A model generated the notes under the pieces. The model ran no database searches and was not told the DNA's origin. It worked only from the letters and a program-made list of their open reading frames with translations. A DNA stretch of 64,000 nucleotides. Origin: an uncultured Spirochaetota bacterium (lineage in GTDB: Bacteria; Spirochaetota; UBA4802; UBA5550). Positions 61,847 through 64,000 of this stretch are shown one piece after another. A program made the translations under genes and the position numbers. Where the stretch lies: contig CAWHAA010000008.1 of the NCBI GenBank assembly GCA_963827275.1, positions 486,244 through 550,243 of the forward strand. The letters are read 5' to 3'. Numbering within the stretch: position 1 is the stretch's first letter; each line of letters opens with the position of its first letter.

Positions 61847-62658
61847 ACCCGATTTTTGCCGCCTGCCGGTGTGTGGCGTAAGGCATTGGTCAGCAGATTG
61901 TGCACAGCCTGGCGCAATCGCCCTGAATCGACAGTCGCATAGGGCGTCGCGCCTAATAGTTCGACTTTCAGGGAAACATCTTTGACAGCGGCGACAGGTT
62001 TGAAGGAAACGGCCGTTTCCTTTACCAAATCCGCCATATCCACCACCTGCTTGTGCAAAACCATCTGCTGCGATTCTGCTTGCGAGAGATCATACAAGTC
62101 ATCGACCAATCCCGTTAACAGCCGGGTTTCATAGCTCCTTCGCCGATTTCTTCTTTGCTGGGGGTACACATCATCCAAAATGGCTTGCAAATTGCCTTGA
62201 ATCACGTGCAGCGGATTTCTTAGTTCATGAGCGACATCCGCAAACAGATTGCGGCGCAGGGTTTCATCTTTTTCCAGCCGATCCGCCATTTCATTAAAAC
62301 GGGTCGCCACTGCCCGAATTTCTTCCGTGCCGCGCACCTGCACCCGTTGATTTAGATTGTCGAGGCAGGAATTTTCCACAGTTGCTTCCAATTCTCGCAA
62401 GGGTCTTGTCATATTGCGGCTCATGCCCACACCTGCTATCACGGCAACTGTGCCCACGATTAACAAAAATGTGGTGATATTGATAGGTGGTTCATAGTTA
62501 CCAGTCTCTTGAAAGAATTCTTTGACAGGCTCTGGGATGTTTTCTTGATAACTAGGTTTGGTTTCCATGGCGAAACGGACGACACCGCTAACCGTCATCA
62601 TGGTAATCATAATAACGGCCGTAAAGGCCAAACTGAGACGCACCCACATTCAGTTCAT
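61847..62658 (-). CDS. HAMP/HisKA sensor kinase (BaeS-like), damaged and truncated within the ATPase domain
   Basis: FNEMADRL, ADVAHELRNPL, NLLTNALRHTP; G boxes are missing beyond the junction. Confidence 0.8.
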
Positions 62659-63350
62659 CGCGATCACCCCCCAGGCGATAGCCAACGCCGTAAACGGTTT
62701 CAATATATATGGGATTTTTAACATCTGGCTCGACTTTCCGGCGCAGATTACGGATATGGCTGTCGAGGGTGCGGTCTAGCCCTTCATACTCTGAGCCGAG
62801 TCCTTTATTCACCAACTCGCTGCGCGTGAACACGTAACCAGCTTGTTCCATGAGCACACGGAGCAAATTGAATTCCGAGGGAGTCCGGTCTACTGGGTTC
62901 CCGTTTACTTTCACTTCTCGCCGCCCCCAAATCCATTTCCAACTCGCCCACACGCAAGACTTGGCCTGGAAACTGTCTGGACTACGTAACCGCGCCTTCA
63001 CACGGGCGACCACTTCTCGGGGATGTGTACGGCTTGGTCACGTAATCATCAGCGCCCATTTCTAGCCCGACGATTTTGTCTGTATCGTCCACTCGTGCCG
63101 TCAGCATGATGATGGGAATGGCGGAGCGGTTGGCATCATTGCGCATAAGACGGGTGATTTCCCAGCCATCTATGCCGGGCAGCATGATATCCAGCAGCAG
63201 CAAATCTGGTTTCTCGCGGCGCAGGTTATAAACGGCCGTTTTCCCATCATACGCCACGATCACCTCATAACCAGCCTGCTCCAGATACGCCCGCATCAGC
63301 CGTACCACTTCTTTGTCATCATCAACCACTAAAATTCGTTGATTACGCAT
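62650..63350 (-). CDS. OmpR-family response regulator, frameshifted
   Basis: REC (LVVDDD, LDIMLP, ADDYVTKP) and wHTH (RTLDSHIRNLRRK, ETVYGVGY) in different frames. Confidence 0.85.
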
Positions 63351-63426
63351 AGCTCTTTCAAATTGACCTGTTTACTGAAAACTTGTAAAGTCTTACCGAT
63401 TTTTTTCTCAGAGGAAGTGAAACTAT

Positions 63427-64000
63427 ATGCAACTTTACATTATTCGTCACGGACAGTCATTTAATAATGCTTTGTGGGATAGAACTGGGGGCGGTAACGG
63501 CCGTTTACCGATCCCCATCTCACCGAAATAGGCCAACAACAAGCCGAACATCTAGCCCAATACCTTGCCCAGGCAGATAAAAACGGGACTCCCCATCAAA
63601 AAAACGATCCGCATAACCGTCATGGCTATCACCTGACTCATCTATACGCCAGCCTCATGTTTCGCGCCGTGCAAACAGGCCATGCCCTTGCCGACGCCCT
63701 TGATATACCACTCATCGCCTCGCCCATCATCCATGAATGGGGCGGCATCTTCAACAATCCAGAAACCGACATTCCCTTGCCTCTTCCTGGGGCAAACCGC
63801 CAATTTTTCACGAGCGTTTCTCCCGTATCTTATTGCCCGATTGGCTCCAAGACGAAGGTTGGTGGCAGAAGCCATATGAAACCTCTGAGGTTTCCATTCG
63901 CCGTGCGGAAGAATTTGTCATTGAACTACTAGAACGGCATAGCGGCACCGATGATAGAGTCGCTGCCGCCCATGGCGGGTTTACGGCGCTGGTTTTGATG
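63427..64000 (+). CDS. Histidine phosphatase (PGM) family protein, frameshifted, runs off window end
   Basis: Manual translation MQLYIIRHGQSFNN; LTEIGQQQA and ASLMFRAVQT in a shifted frame. Confidence 0.75.

Overview
Positions 1 to ~61,845 are GC-rich chromosomal DNA from an anaerobe. The gene set (7TM-DISM/SpoIIE, SH3-M23, STAS-Zn ribbon, LpoB/COG3014, flavodiiron protein, glycyl radical enzyme) suggests a free-living Spirochaetota, but that is inference only. Recognisable genes include fprA, a CocE hydrolase, fadD, mntP, an enlarged MMPL transporter, PAS signalling proteins, pgeF, a PHP histidinol-phosphatase, PBP1A, pyrK, tRNA-Arg(CCG), thpR, a K+ channel, mnmH/selU, a cold-shock gene and queF. 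Best candidates for new biology: (1) an unassigned glycyl radical enzyme operon (GRE, activase, tandem FMN split-barrel protein) facing a split-barrel/LytTR fusion regulator and a flavodoxin, with a palindromic operator over its promoter; (2) two abutting class III nucleotide cyclase homologues with complementary half active sites; (3) a non-coding 43-bp tandem array carrying a palindrome; (4) a ~2,100-aa repeat-expanded surface lipoprotein. Several genes are broken by single-base insertions that look like sequencing errors. At ~61,845 the sequence switches abruptly, mid-gene, to lower-GC, frameshifted DNA of apparently different origin, probably a chimeric join. No CRISPR array, rRNA, integrase or transposase was seen. 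All calls come from reading motifs by eye; no database searches were run.
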